Below are positions 49,165 through 60,630 of a DNA stretch of 64,000 nucleotides, in pieces. Numbering within the stretch: position 1 is the stretch's first letter; each line of letters opens with the position of its first letter. The notes beneath the pieces are model-generated. The model searched no databases, was not told where the DNA came from, and worked only from the letters and a program-made list of their open reading frames with translations. Source of the DNA: Selaginella moellendorffii (taxonomy: Eukaryota > Plantae > Lycopodiophyta). The stretch lies in the NCBI RefSeq assembly GCF_000143415.4, contig NW_003314328.1:62001-126000 (forward strand). Reading direction: 5' to 3'. The position numbers and the translations under genes were made by a program.

Positions 49165-52100
49165 TGTTAAGTGCCAGCTTTAACCATTGGTCAAAAGGAG
49201 GCTCAAGGGTATATTAAGGCATGGGCTTAACCTACCCTAGTGCTCACAATGGAGTGGTGGCGCAGTGGAGTTTTTGAGGTAGCTTAGGGGTGGTTGGGTG
49301 GTGAGGAACTTCAAAAGGTGGCATAGCATAGTCTAAGGCAATTAAATCATTGTTTTTTTTGCACTGGATCATAACACTGGTATTAGAGGAGTTGGTTGCA
49401 ATGGCCAACCAAGCTAAATGCTGGAATCTTATTGTTAATGGTGGTGCCAAAAATGGTGTTGACAGAGCTGTAGAGATTTAAATTCAAGATATTGTTCATG
49501 AGTTGCAAGCCCTTAATCAAAATTAGCAAGAGGTGCAAGATGAGATGCATGGCATAATGAATACCATGTGTGAGTGTGTTGAGGCACTCGAGGCTGAATG
49601 TGGTAGCACTCTAAGTAAACCTTCCTTGGTAGATCGACTCAAGATTCTAACTTTTTCCGGTGATGGTGGTGTGGACGAGTGTCTCGCTTGGCTAGCCAAT
49701 GTGAAGAAGTTCTTGGCTGCTAGGGGAACTCCAGATGTAGAGGCTTTAGTGGCTATTTCGATGGTGTTGATGCGGGTCTTCGATGGTGGAATTGGCTTGA
49801 GGAGTCTCGTGTTGTAGATAAGAAACCACTAGTATCTACTATGGATGACTTTGAGTTTGCTTTTCATTTACGTTTTGCCCCTCACTATGACATAGAAAAT
49901 GCTTGCACAAAACTTCAACATTTTTAGCAAGGGAAAATGATGCTTGGGGACTATATTGAGAAGCTTATTCACTTGATTAGCCAGATCAAAACAACTCTTA
50001 CTTCATTGATGGCCTTCATAGTGAGAGCATGCGGCAACACTTGTGTCATTCTCAGTCTCTAAAGAATTTGGAGGAGCTTTTTGACGTGGCTTGTCGACTT
50101 GACAATGACAAGCACAAGTCTTGCAAGCGTTTGCAGAGTCCTTCTGTCGAGAATTGTCATGATGATTGCTGTGGATACAAGGATGGAAACAAGTATCACA
50201 AGCTAAAGTTTGTGGTGACTACTTTAGATGCAAAAGGGTCAAAGAAGCAAAAGTTCTTTGTGAAGAATTACAAATAGGGTTGTCATAATTGCAGCAAGCT
50301 TAAACACTACAAGGCTGATTGTCCACAGTTGAAGAACGAGCAGCAAGGCAAGAAGAATAGTCAATCTTCTACTGACAGTAAGTTAAATACTACAAAGTTG
50401 CAAACTTTGCAGCGTGAGGATGACAGGAACAACCATTCTGGTTGGAGGAAGAGGCTTTCAATCGTTCCTTGTCAACTTAATTGTGTGTGGAACATGATGG
50501 AGCTCGAGGATACTCGTGAATTAGTTTTAATGCTGGAGGGCGTGTTCTGTAGTAGTCTAGTGCGGATTTTACTGGATAGTGGGAGCAATGACAACTTTAT
50601 TTCGGCAAAGTTTGTTGCGGAGTATAGCTTGGTCACACAAGGAGTTCTTCTATACATGATGAAAGGTGCAACTACCTTTGCTTAGCATTTTGATGCTTGT
50701 GTAAAGGGGCTAAAAGTGTTGGTTGGCAAAACCACACTTATAGAGACTTTTTATCTCATGGATATCCATTGTGTGGATCTCATTTTTGGGATGCCGTTGT
50801 TGGTAAAAGTGGATCCAGAGATAAAGTGGAGTATTAAGCATGTGTCACTGGAGTATAGTGGCATTAAAGATGTGTGGTTTTGAGAGGGAGTTCAACATCC
50901 AGTTGTTATGCTCTCTGCTATATTTTTTAAGTAGGCTTGTCATAATGGAAAAACACTTTCAAGTTACTTGCTGTTTGTTCATGACTTGGGGGACCAAGTC
51001 ATGTGTGGGGGAGAAGCAGTAGTATGGGATATACTCAATGAGTTTTCTGATGTCTTTTCATCTAAACCTCCTCATAAGTTACCTCCATTACAAAGTGTGG
51101 AGCATAGGATTATGTTGGAGTCAGGGATGTGGCCAATTTATTGATGTCCATTTCAATTAAGTTATGGAGAGGAGCAAGAGGTTCAACGACAAGTCAAAGA
51201 GTTACCTAAGTTTGGATTTATTCAATCAAGTAAGTCTCCATTTGGTGCTCCGGTCTTGCTTGTAAAGAAGAAGGACGGTTTAATGCGGATGTGTATTGAT
51301 TACCGTGCCTTGAACAAAAAAACAATGAAAGATAAGATGCCGATGCTGCGTGCGGATGATATTTTATACAAACTTAGTGAAGCACGAGTGTTTACCAAGA
51401 TTGATATGAAGAGTGGATATCATCAGATTGCAATGGATGATACATCTATCTCCAAGACAGCATTCAACACAAGCTTCGGGCATTTTGAGTTTATAGTTAT
51501 GCCATTTGGTTTGACAAGTGCACTAGCCACTCGGTTGATAACGAAGGTATTTAGGCATTATCTTCATGAGTTTGTGGAGATTTTTTTGGACGATATTCTT
51601 GTTTTCAGCAAGAATATGGAGGAGCATAAAGTGCATTTGCGCAAGGTTCTTTTGTTACTCCGTGACAACAAACTTTATGTGAAAAAGAGCAAATGCGAGT
51701 TTGCAAAATCGGAGGTGGAATATTTAGGCCATATTGTGGCATCTAAGGGTGTCAAAATGGATCCAATATAAGTTGAATAAATGCAATTTTTTATTAGAGG
51801 AATATAAAGGTTGATATCCTTGAGTATTGTAAATCATGTGACCTCTGTCAATGGGTTAAGGTGCCACAAGAAAAACCAAGGGGACTTTTGCAACGTTTAC
51901 CTATTCCTTAGAGCCATTGGTGTAGTATTTATATGGATTTCATCACTTGTTTGCCACACACATAGAGGCAAAAGGAGCAAGAATGGGTTATAATGGATCG
52001 ATTGACGAAATATGTGCGGTTGTTGGCTTTTCGGAAGACTGTCATTGCCTCAAACTTAGTTGCAGTCTACTTGGAAAAGGTTTTTTCCTGATTTTGGTTT

Positions 52101-53725
52101 ACTGAAGGACATCATTAGTGATCAAAATTCAAAGTTCACAAGTGGATTTTGGAAAAGCTTTGTGAAGGCTATATAAGTGACTTTGAAACTCTTGAGTGAA
52201 AATCACCCTCAGACGGATGGGCAAACTAAGCTTGTGGTCTAGGTGGTGGAGGATTGTTAGGCACCAAGTTATGATAATAGGATAAAGAAAGGGCCCTACA
52301 ATCAAATGATAACCCCTTTAGCCAATTGGCTTAGAGTGTAAGGGATAGGATCCTAATATTGGTATCGAAGCCCAATTCGATTCTTGTGACTAACAAGTGG
52401 GGCAAGAATATTCTATGGGAATATTCAATATAGTGGATCTAGAGGGAGAACCAAGGTTTGGTAGACCCTAAAAGAAGGACCATGGTGACTAAAGGGTAAC
52501 TTAAGTATGATTGCCCCTTTAGCTAGTTGGCTTATGCTTTATTTCGTGTTTGTTATGTGATGCCATTACAAACATAGTTTTGTTATCATTTGAGTAAGGT
52601 GGTTAGTGAGTTTGGGCAATTGGTTAAGCATGCTCAAGTTTAGAATGTTGAGGTGGCTTTTTTGTGTGACCAGATAGAAGCCCCTTTCTTATTGGTAGAT
52701 GGGATTCTCTATTACAATGACTATATATATTTGTCACAGGTGGATGCATTAACTACTCAAGTTTTATTCCACTATCATGATCGTTTGGAAAAATCAAATC
52801 AGGTGGTGGAGGATATATTACGTTGTAGCGTTGGTCAAAGGCAAGGATAGTGGGATTTATATCTTCCATTGGTGCAATTTGCTTATAACAATAGCCAACA
52901 CAGTGGAACAAGTTAAATCTTTATTTTACCATGTTTGGAAGGCATCCCCGAACAATGGTGGAGTTAGGATTGCATTTGAGTAAGGATGTTCAAGATAAAC
53001 TTGACTTTGAGGCGATTGATCTAGCCACAAAACTTGATGAGATTTAAGTGGTGTGTAAATGGAATTTGCAAATAACTTAGGATAAAGCAAAGAAGTTTGC
53101 TAATGAGCATCGTCAATTCCGGGAATATAAGGTGGGTGATCTTGTCTTTGTGTGAATAATCTTTCTGTCAAGTGAGTGGTAGAACACCTTAGTGCCTTTA
53201 TGGACAGGGAAGAGTGACAAACTTTCTCATTAATATGCTAGTCCATATAAAGTGCTAGAGCACATTAGTAAAGCGGCTTATCAAGTGTGGCTACTAGCTA
53301 GGGTGAAAATTCATTTAATATTTTATGTCAGCCAGTTGAAAGGTGTACTATTGTAGAGTGATAGGCCCAATGCTTCCTTGATATATACAGCTGTGGAAGA
53401 TGGATAAGGAGCTTGAGCAAGGTTCCTCAGAAAAGGTGATCACTGTTACAACTCGTCCTTGGGACAAGGACTTTGTTAGGGGGGAAAGAATTGTTAGGCA
53501 CCAGCTTTGACCATGTGGTCAACATTGGTCAAAGGGAGACTCAAAGGTATATTAAGGCATGTTAAGGTAAGGGGCTTAACTTACCCTAAGGCTCATAATG
53601 GAGCAGTAACATAGTGGAGCTTTTGAAGTAGTTTAGGGGTGGTTGGGTGGTAGGAACTTTAAGAAGTGGTATAGCATAGTCTAGGGTGACTAGATTTCTG
53701 TCTTTTTTTGTGCCGGATCATAATA
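49165..53725 (+). mobile_element. Degenerate full-length Ty3/gypsy LTR retrotransposon
   Basis: 5' LTR 49165-49376, iMet-type PBS tggtattagag, zinc knuckle CHNCSKLKHYKADC, protease LLDSGS, RT (CIDYRALNK, FLDDILVFS), integrase HPQTDGQT, PPT ggggggaaagaa, 3' LTR 53492-53725, TSD-like aaaaa/agaaa. Many stops; RNase H region apparently deleted. Confidence 0.93.
52255..52535 (+). mobile_element. TRIM copy nested in the gypsy integrase region
   Basis: 104-bp LTR 52255-52358, PBS tggtatcgaagc, internal region matching the reverse complement of 58153-58331; second LTR only partial. Confidence 0.85.
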
Positions 53726-54202
53726 AGAAATTTGTTTGCAATTATGAAGCTATGGAATTTTGCAAGCCATTTTGAGTTAATCTCTAGAAGAGTCAACAAA
53801 AGGAGGCTGCTTCTTTGCCAAGATTATTTTTAAAAAAAAACTGTAAGAAAAGAAAGATCCAGACAATCTAAAAGTTAAATCTAAACCAAAAACACAAATC
53901 TGAACATTCTACAGGGATAATCAAAATTACCCTTTACTTCCACCAATATGAATGAATGGAAATATAAAAATGTGCATATTTACCTTATAATTTATTATTT
54001 CTTGCAATCACTCCCACATAGTGGGAGAAAACTCTAGATCAAACTCCATGCATGTGATGAGCTTCTCAATAGTAAAGATTGTCCATATTGTGAACACCTA
54101 GACTAAAGCATCACAAGCTAGACCTCTAAGTAAAACTTATCATTTCTAAAATGCCTCCATTGTCATCAAGTGTTGAAAGCCAATGCGTACCAAGTCTGCC
54201 AC

Positions 54203-54797
54203 CAAAGATCTAGTTGCCCTAGACTATGCTACACCACCTCTTGAGGTTCCTCACCACCCAACCACCCCCGAGCTACCTCAAAAGCTCCACTGCACCGCCG
54301 CTCCACTGTGAGCCCTAGGGTAGGTTAAGTCCTTTACCCTAACATGCCTTAATATACCCTTGAGCTTCCCTTTGACCGACGTTGACCACGTAGTCAAAGC
54401 TGGCGCCTAACAATTCTTCCCCCCCAACAAAGTCCTTGTCCCAATGCCTACTTGATGTATACAGCTCTGGAACATGGACTACGAGCTCGAGCAGGATTCC
54501 CCAAAAAGGGTGATCACCGATACAACTCATCCTTGGGACAAGGACTTTGTTGGGGGGGAAGAATTGTTAGGCGCCAGCTTTGACTATGTGGTTAACGTTG
54601 GTCAAAGGGAGGCTCAAGGGTATATTAAGGCATGTTAGGGTAAGGGACTTAGCCTACCCTAGGGCTCACAGGGGAGTGGCGGCGCAGTGAAGCTTTTGAG
54701 GTAGCTCGGGGGTGGTTGGGTGGTGAGGAACCTCAAGAGGTGGTGTAGCATAGTCTAGGGCAACTAGGTCTTTGTCTTTTTGCGCCGGATCATAACA
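54203..54797. repeat. Fold-back inverted repeat of gypsy 3' end (PPT + LTR)
   Basis: Arms 54203-54444 and 54533-54774 are reverse complements; complete LTR 54565-54797 (tgttagg…cataaca). Confidence 0.92.
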
Positions 54798-55041
54798 TTT
54801 GCTACTATGCAAACCTCCATTGCGCGTTGTTGGCAGCATATTCAATGTATGGGTCATCCAAATGCATGTATGACTACATCCATAGGTCATCCATGAAGTG
54901 CATGGTTGGTCCCATAGATGGTCATCATATGGCCTTGTGAGGTGATGTGGAAATTGTTCACAACCAACCATTGGCCTAAAGTATTGGCTAACACCATGGC
55001 CAGTGTTCCACTTATTCACTTCAATGGATGAAGAACTACTG

Positions 55042-57487
55042 CTACTCAAAGCTGGTTCTTTGAGGAAGGTCGTGTAATGACCACTCCGAGATACTCGTCC
55101 CGGAGATTTGCGGGGAAAAGAAGAGCAAGTGCGTGTGGAATTCATGAAGCGTGCTGCGATGGCCAACGCTCATCACACAAGTTCCCGATTCTAGGAGAAG
55201 TCGATACAAGTAAGCCTGCGTAGAGTGACTAGATCTTAGAAGAGAACCAAAGAGACAAGCTTTTACCTCAGTTGCTTCGTCTATGGCACTGGTTGCTTCA
55301 TCCAGGAGCGCAAGCTTTGGTTTTGATAGAAGCAATCGAGCAAAAGCCAGGCGCTGTTGCTCTCCCAGTGACAAGACACTGGACCAGTCGGCATTCGCAT
55401 CCAAGTGAAACGAGCGTTCCAGGAGCTGTTCAAGCTTCACTCTACGCAAGACTTCCATCAAGTCGGTATCGCTGTGCTTGGATTCTGGATCATGAGAGCA
55501 GACTTTGATAGATTCACGTGTAAAAGACCAAAAATTCTCGCTACCTTGATCGTGTTTTTTCTCCCCGTCTGTGCTCCAAGTTGGATATAGCAATTGTTGC
55601 CGGAGTGTTCCAAGAGTCATGTATGGCTTTTGCGGCACGAAGAATACATCCATGGTAGAGTTTCTTGCTATGGTTCCTTGCCCGGATTTCCATAGTCCTG
55701 CGATAGCTCTTAAGAACGATGTCTTGCCACTTCCACTGGGGCCAGTTACCTGGTCTTAAACCCGAGTTATTCATCAGATAGCAACGAAGAAACTTTGAGA
55801 AATTCACAGACCAGAAGATTTTGTCCAGCGATCATCCTGAAAGAGAGCCCCTCGACAAGAGTCAGTGTGTGTTGAGGAGACAACAGTGTCAAGGTCGAAA
55901 CTTCTATAAGAACCTCGCTTTCCGTGGTCTCGATCGATTTGATGGTGATTAGCTCCGAAGCATTCATTACGCCTTGTTCATCCAATATGTCACTGAATTC
56001 ACCTGTGAATGTAAAGGTAGGTCGAAGAGAACCAAGCAAACGAAGGAAATTGTACCAAGGCGATCTACAACCGCGGAGAAGGAACTAAGCGATTGAAACT
56101 CGTCCACAACCAAGGAGAGGTCGTAGAGAACAGAGCTGAAAGCATGGAAAGACTGACTGACGATCCCAAAGTCGACTTTTCCAGCAAAGTAGAACGGAGC
56201 CACCACGGCGGCGGGCAGGATTTGGATCAAGTTGTTGTAAAAAATTTGGAAAAATCTTAGGTTTCGCGAAGCTATGAGTAGTTTCTGCAAAAACAATGCA
56301 GTAGCTTACACTGTCGAAAGAATGACAATGGAAAAACCAGCAAAACTTACACTGTAGTTGGAAAAAGCTTGCTTAAAACGTTCCAGCAGCAACTGAAGCT
56401 CATCCTTTTCTCCCCCATAAAACGCGATGGACTCCGCAGATTCTCGAACTCTTACCAATCCAAATCGAAAATCTGCCTCACTCTTTTCTTGGACGAAATT
56501 CAAGTTCATGAGATCCTGCAAGGAAACAGAACGAACTCGCTGAAAACAAAAAGATGAAAATCATACCTTTCCAAGTAGGAAACTAATTCCAGTGCCACCA
56601 ATGGAGTAAACAAGCAAGACACCAAACAGTGGTGGATAAATCCTGTATAGAATTCCGCTGAAAGACGCCAGATCGGTGATGGAATGGAACAAAGTCATGG
56701 TAAATATAAGTGCCGTGCGAGTGAACGAGCCGATATCGTCCACAACTCTCTGATCTGGATTGTCTATGAGTGCCAGAGATTGAATGTTATAGTAGGATCT
56801 CTGAGAAAAATACTGAGCCATGTAGCGTTTCGTCATCCAAGCTCGCCATCGAAGAGCAAGAGTGTCTCGTGCGTATCCGCGGATTACATAAACCTCGAAG
56901 ACAAGCGAGTTAATTACTCGCTGAAAAAGGCACAAACATCCAAACGACTTACCGGAAGTGCTGCGACCATAAGCCCCAAATAATAGATCAGGTGCTTGAC
57001 AAACTCCTCTCGATTCTTATCTGGAGAAAAGTTTAAAGAAATCCGATAGATCTGGACACACTTACTTGTCAAGGCGTTGTTAAAACTCCTTCCAAGGTAG
57101 CTAAATGCCACGCTCGTCCCCGTGGAAGCAAGCGTAAGAGCAAAAACACTCGCTAACCGGAGGATTGCCTGGTTTCCCTCCTTGGAGTCGAGCCAGTAAG
57201 GTTGAGCAACTTTGCAAAATCTCCGAAAAAGTGTTTGAAAGTCTGTAGTTCGTTTCTGCAAAGACAAGGACAATGAGAGCTCAATGAGAATCCAAGAGAC
57301 TTACTGGTGTTATCAATGGGGACAACTGCTCCGGATCTTCTTTCACTGCTGCTTCCAGAGCAATAGCATTGACTCGGCGAAGCTTGAGAAACGATATCCT
57401 GGATCGAACTATGCAGCGAGCAGAATCAAGGCCTTGGTTGTAGTGCCGTCTCGATGACACTTCTGGAGCCAACGCTGCAAACGCCAT
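55042..57487 (-). CDS. ABC subfamily D half-transporter, ABCD2-like, copy C
   Basis: Same exon set and motifs as copy B, very similar in sequence. Confidence 0.9.
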
Positions 57488-57737
57488 GGCGTTTCTAGCA
57501 TAGAATTGTTCTCCAGTCAACTCCTAGCTTGATCTCTTTTTAAAAGGATGGTCCTGTGGATCCCTCCATAAAAATCCCAACTCATGAGATTCATATAGTA
57601 GATCAGTTGCTTCGTGAAATCCTCCCAGTTCTTACCTGGAAGAAAAAAATCAATGGTATCAGTAAAATCAGACGTCACATAGACCACGGTTCAAAGGTCG
57701 TTGCTATACCTCCGTCCAAGGAAGCTAACTCCAATGT

Positions 57738-60511
57738 TTATAAGAACCTCATCTTTGGTCGAGCTCTAGCTCGGTCAGTGATCATTGGTTTCAAAGATGA
57801 CTCAAATATGTTTGCGAGCAGCACATATGATGTCTCATGACCTGGATCAAGTGCAAAAACTTGGCTAGTAACTTTAGCTCCCCTAGCAAGATCATTAAAG
57901 TTCTTGCAAGCTCCCAGCAAGCACGTCCACTCCATCCTATCAGGATGGAAAGGCATGCTCAAGACAAGCTCTACAGCATCATTCAGATGCCCCAAGCGGT
58001 AGAGGACACTTACGATATAGCAGTAGTGCTACTTGCTGGGATTGATGTTGTTAGGATTTTATCTTTTACACCTTAAGCCAACTAGCTAAAAGGGTGATCA
58101 CTTGATTGTAAGGCCCTTTCTTTATCCTATTATCTTGACCTGGTACTTAACAATCCTCCTTTCGTTAGGGAATAATTGTCCGCGATCATACTTAGGCCAC
58201 CCTTTGGTCACCATGGTCCTTCTTTTAGAGTCTACCATACCTTGGTTCTCCCTCTAAATTCACCATATTAAATATTCTTTTAAAATATTTTTGCCCCACT
58301 CGTTAACCACGAGAATCAAACTGAGCTCCAATGTTAGGATCTTATCCCTTACACCCTAAGCCAACTGGCTAAAAAAGTAATCAATTGATTGTAAGGCCCT
58401 TTCTTTATTTTATTATCTTCACCTAGTGCCTAACAGATGTGATAATCGAGCATCATGGACAAGAAGCACGATTTGCTCTCTTCAATCCTTCCTACATGAG
58501 ATCAAAGCTGAGATGAAACACGTCTCTTCTGGGACATGGATCATCTTGCATGGTTGCCACTGTTGGTGTAACCAGCGAGAACACCCCATGACACTAAGTT
58601 CTCCTCCGGCAGTGTCTCAAACAGTGCTTCTCCTGCGAGCATATTCCCATTCTGAGTATATGCTCCCAGCATCACATTCCACGTGAAGGCATTCCTTTGA
58701 GGCATGACACTGAGCATCACGAGTGATTGATCAAGATGCCCATCTTGGGCATATGCAGATAGCATCATCGTTCCATTTCTAAAAGGCATTGAATCAAATA
58801 CGTGTTTCGCTTTCTCCAAATCATGGAGCTTAATCCAGATGAGATTCCACGAAAACTGATCTTTCTCTGGCATCAGATCAAAGATTTCTTCCGACTTCTT
58901 TAAATGACCACCTTGGACGAAAGCATCCATGCGTGAGTTCCAGCTTAGAACATCCCACTGAGGCATCTCTCCAAACATCCTCTCGGTTTGTTCAAAATCT
59001 CCAGTTTGAGAGTACGCAGCTAGAACCGCATTCGAAGACGTGAGATCCCTTTGTGGCATTTGCTGGACGTTCTTTTCCACCTCTAACACCTGGCCATGGC
59101 GAGAGTAGGCACGAAGGATGGCGTTCCAACACACTAAATCCCGTTCGCGCAACCTATCAAACAGTTTCTTTGCCTCGTCTAGCTCGCCGTTCTCGGCTAG
59201 AATGATCAACATGCACGTCCATGAAACAAGATCCCACTCCACCACCTTTTCAAACAATGTCTTAACGTCGTGCATGCGTCCTGCATAGAGTCCCAGCAGT
59301 GTCGTCAAGGACACCACGTCTTGCTGTGGCATCTCATCAAATACGTTTTTCGATTCCTCCAAATACCCGCTTTGCGCAAAAGCAGAAAGCATAATGTTCC
59401 AGGTTACCAAGTCCCGCTTTGGAAAATCATCGAATAAGAGCTTTGCTTCTTTGACATACCCAAAGTGGGCATATCCCGCAAGCATTGCGTTCCAAGACAC
59501 CACATTTCTCTTCGGCATCTCTTTGAAGATGCTCTCTGCTTCAGAAGTATACCCGTTTTGGGCATATGCCGTGAGAAGCGTGTTCCACGAGATCAAGTTT
59601 ATTGATTGGTTCTCATCAAAAACTTTCCTGGCTTCATCTACATGACCGCTTCGCGCATACACACGAGTCATAGCGTTCATGGAAGCAGAATTATACTCTG
59701 GCATGAAGACAAAAGTCTTTTCCACAGATTCTATATCCCCAGCCTCGGCATTTAGCGAAAGCAGCGTCGTGTAAGACACCACGTCTCGAGAAGGCATCGC
59801 AGTGAAAAACTCCCTGGCCTCTTCAACATTCCCATTACAAGAATAAACATCGAGCATTGCGTTCCAAGAGAATTGATCATGCTCCGGCATTTCATGCAAG
59901 AAAACATGAACTCCATCCTTCAAATCTTTGCTCGCAGCCAGCAACGAGTTCCAGGCGCCACAGCGGCATTGCCAAAAAGACCGCCTTGACGTTTTCCAAA
60001 TGCCTCTCTCGGGCATATACCGCAAGAAGAGAGTTCCAAGACACCAAGTTCTTCTCTTTCATCTCATCAAAAATTACCTTTGCATCGTCCATAGTCTCCG
60101 CTTGCGCAGATACAGCAATCATTGTGTTCCACGACACAAGATCTCGTCCCGGCATTCTGTCGAAGATCTCCCGACACACCGACAGTTCCCCCGATCGGGC
60201 ATATGCGAACAAGATCGTGTTCCACGACACCATGTCCCTGGCGGCGCTGGGCATGCCATCGAAAACCTCTCGCGCGCCCTCCAAATCCCGATTCTTGCAA
60301 TGAGCATCAAGCAGGAGATTCCAGGTGAAGGAATCCCAAACCGGCATCGATCGAAAGACGCGCCGGGACTGCCGCAGCGTCCATACATCTCGATGATCTT
60401 GTTGCCGAGGAAGATATCCCCAGATCGCAGCGAGCGGTCGACGCTGGCGTGGAGATCTCTTGCGCGATCGAGCAAGGCACAGCCTTGGATCTCCCGCAAG
60501 TAGCCATCCAT
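57738..60511 (-). pseudogene. Disrupted copy of PPR-b (unit 3)
   Basis: Frameshifting deletions near 60360 and 59960, small in-frame deletions, TRIM insertion at 58049-58435. Confidence 0.92.
58049..58435 (-). mobile_element. TRIM (terminal-repeat retrotransposon in miniature), 387 bp
   Basis: 104-bp TG…CA direct repeats 58049-58152 and 58332-58435, exact 5-bp TSD gatgt, PPT gaaaggaggat on minus strand, non-coding interior; site is empty in the paralog at ~45315. Confidence 0.95.
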
Positions 60512-60630
60512 TCATATGGAAGCTATGTTCTTGGCAAATCCAGCCATCGCTCGACGCTGGCATGGAGATCTTCCGTGCGATCAAGCTTGTCTAGTGCAAT
60601 CTCTAGCGCTCTCATGGATCATTGAGGGCG

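Noticed and set aside
58049-58435. Cassandra-type (5S rRNA-containing) TRIM
   Set aside because: No 5S A/C-box similarity visible in the 104-bp LTRs.
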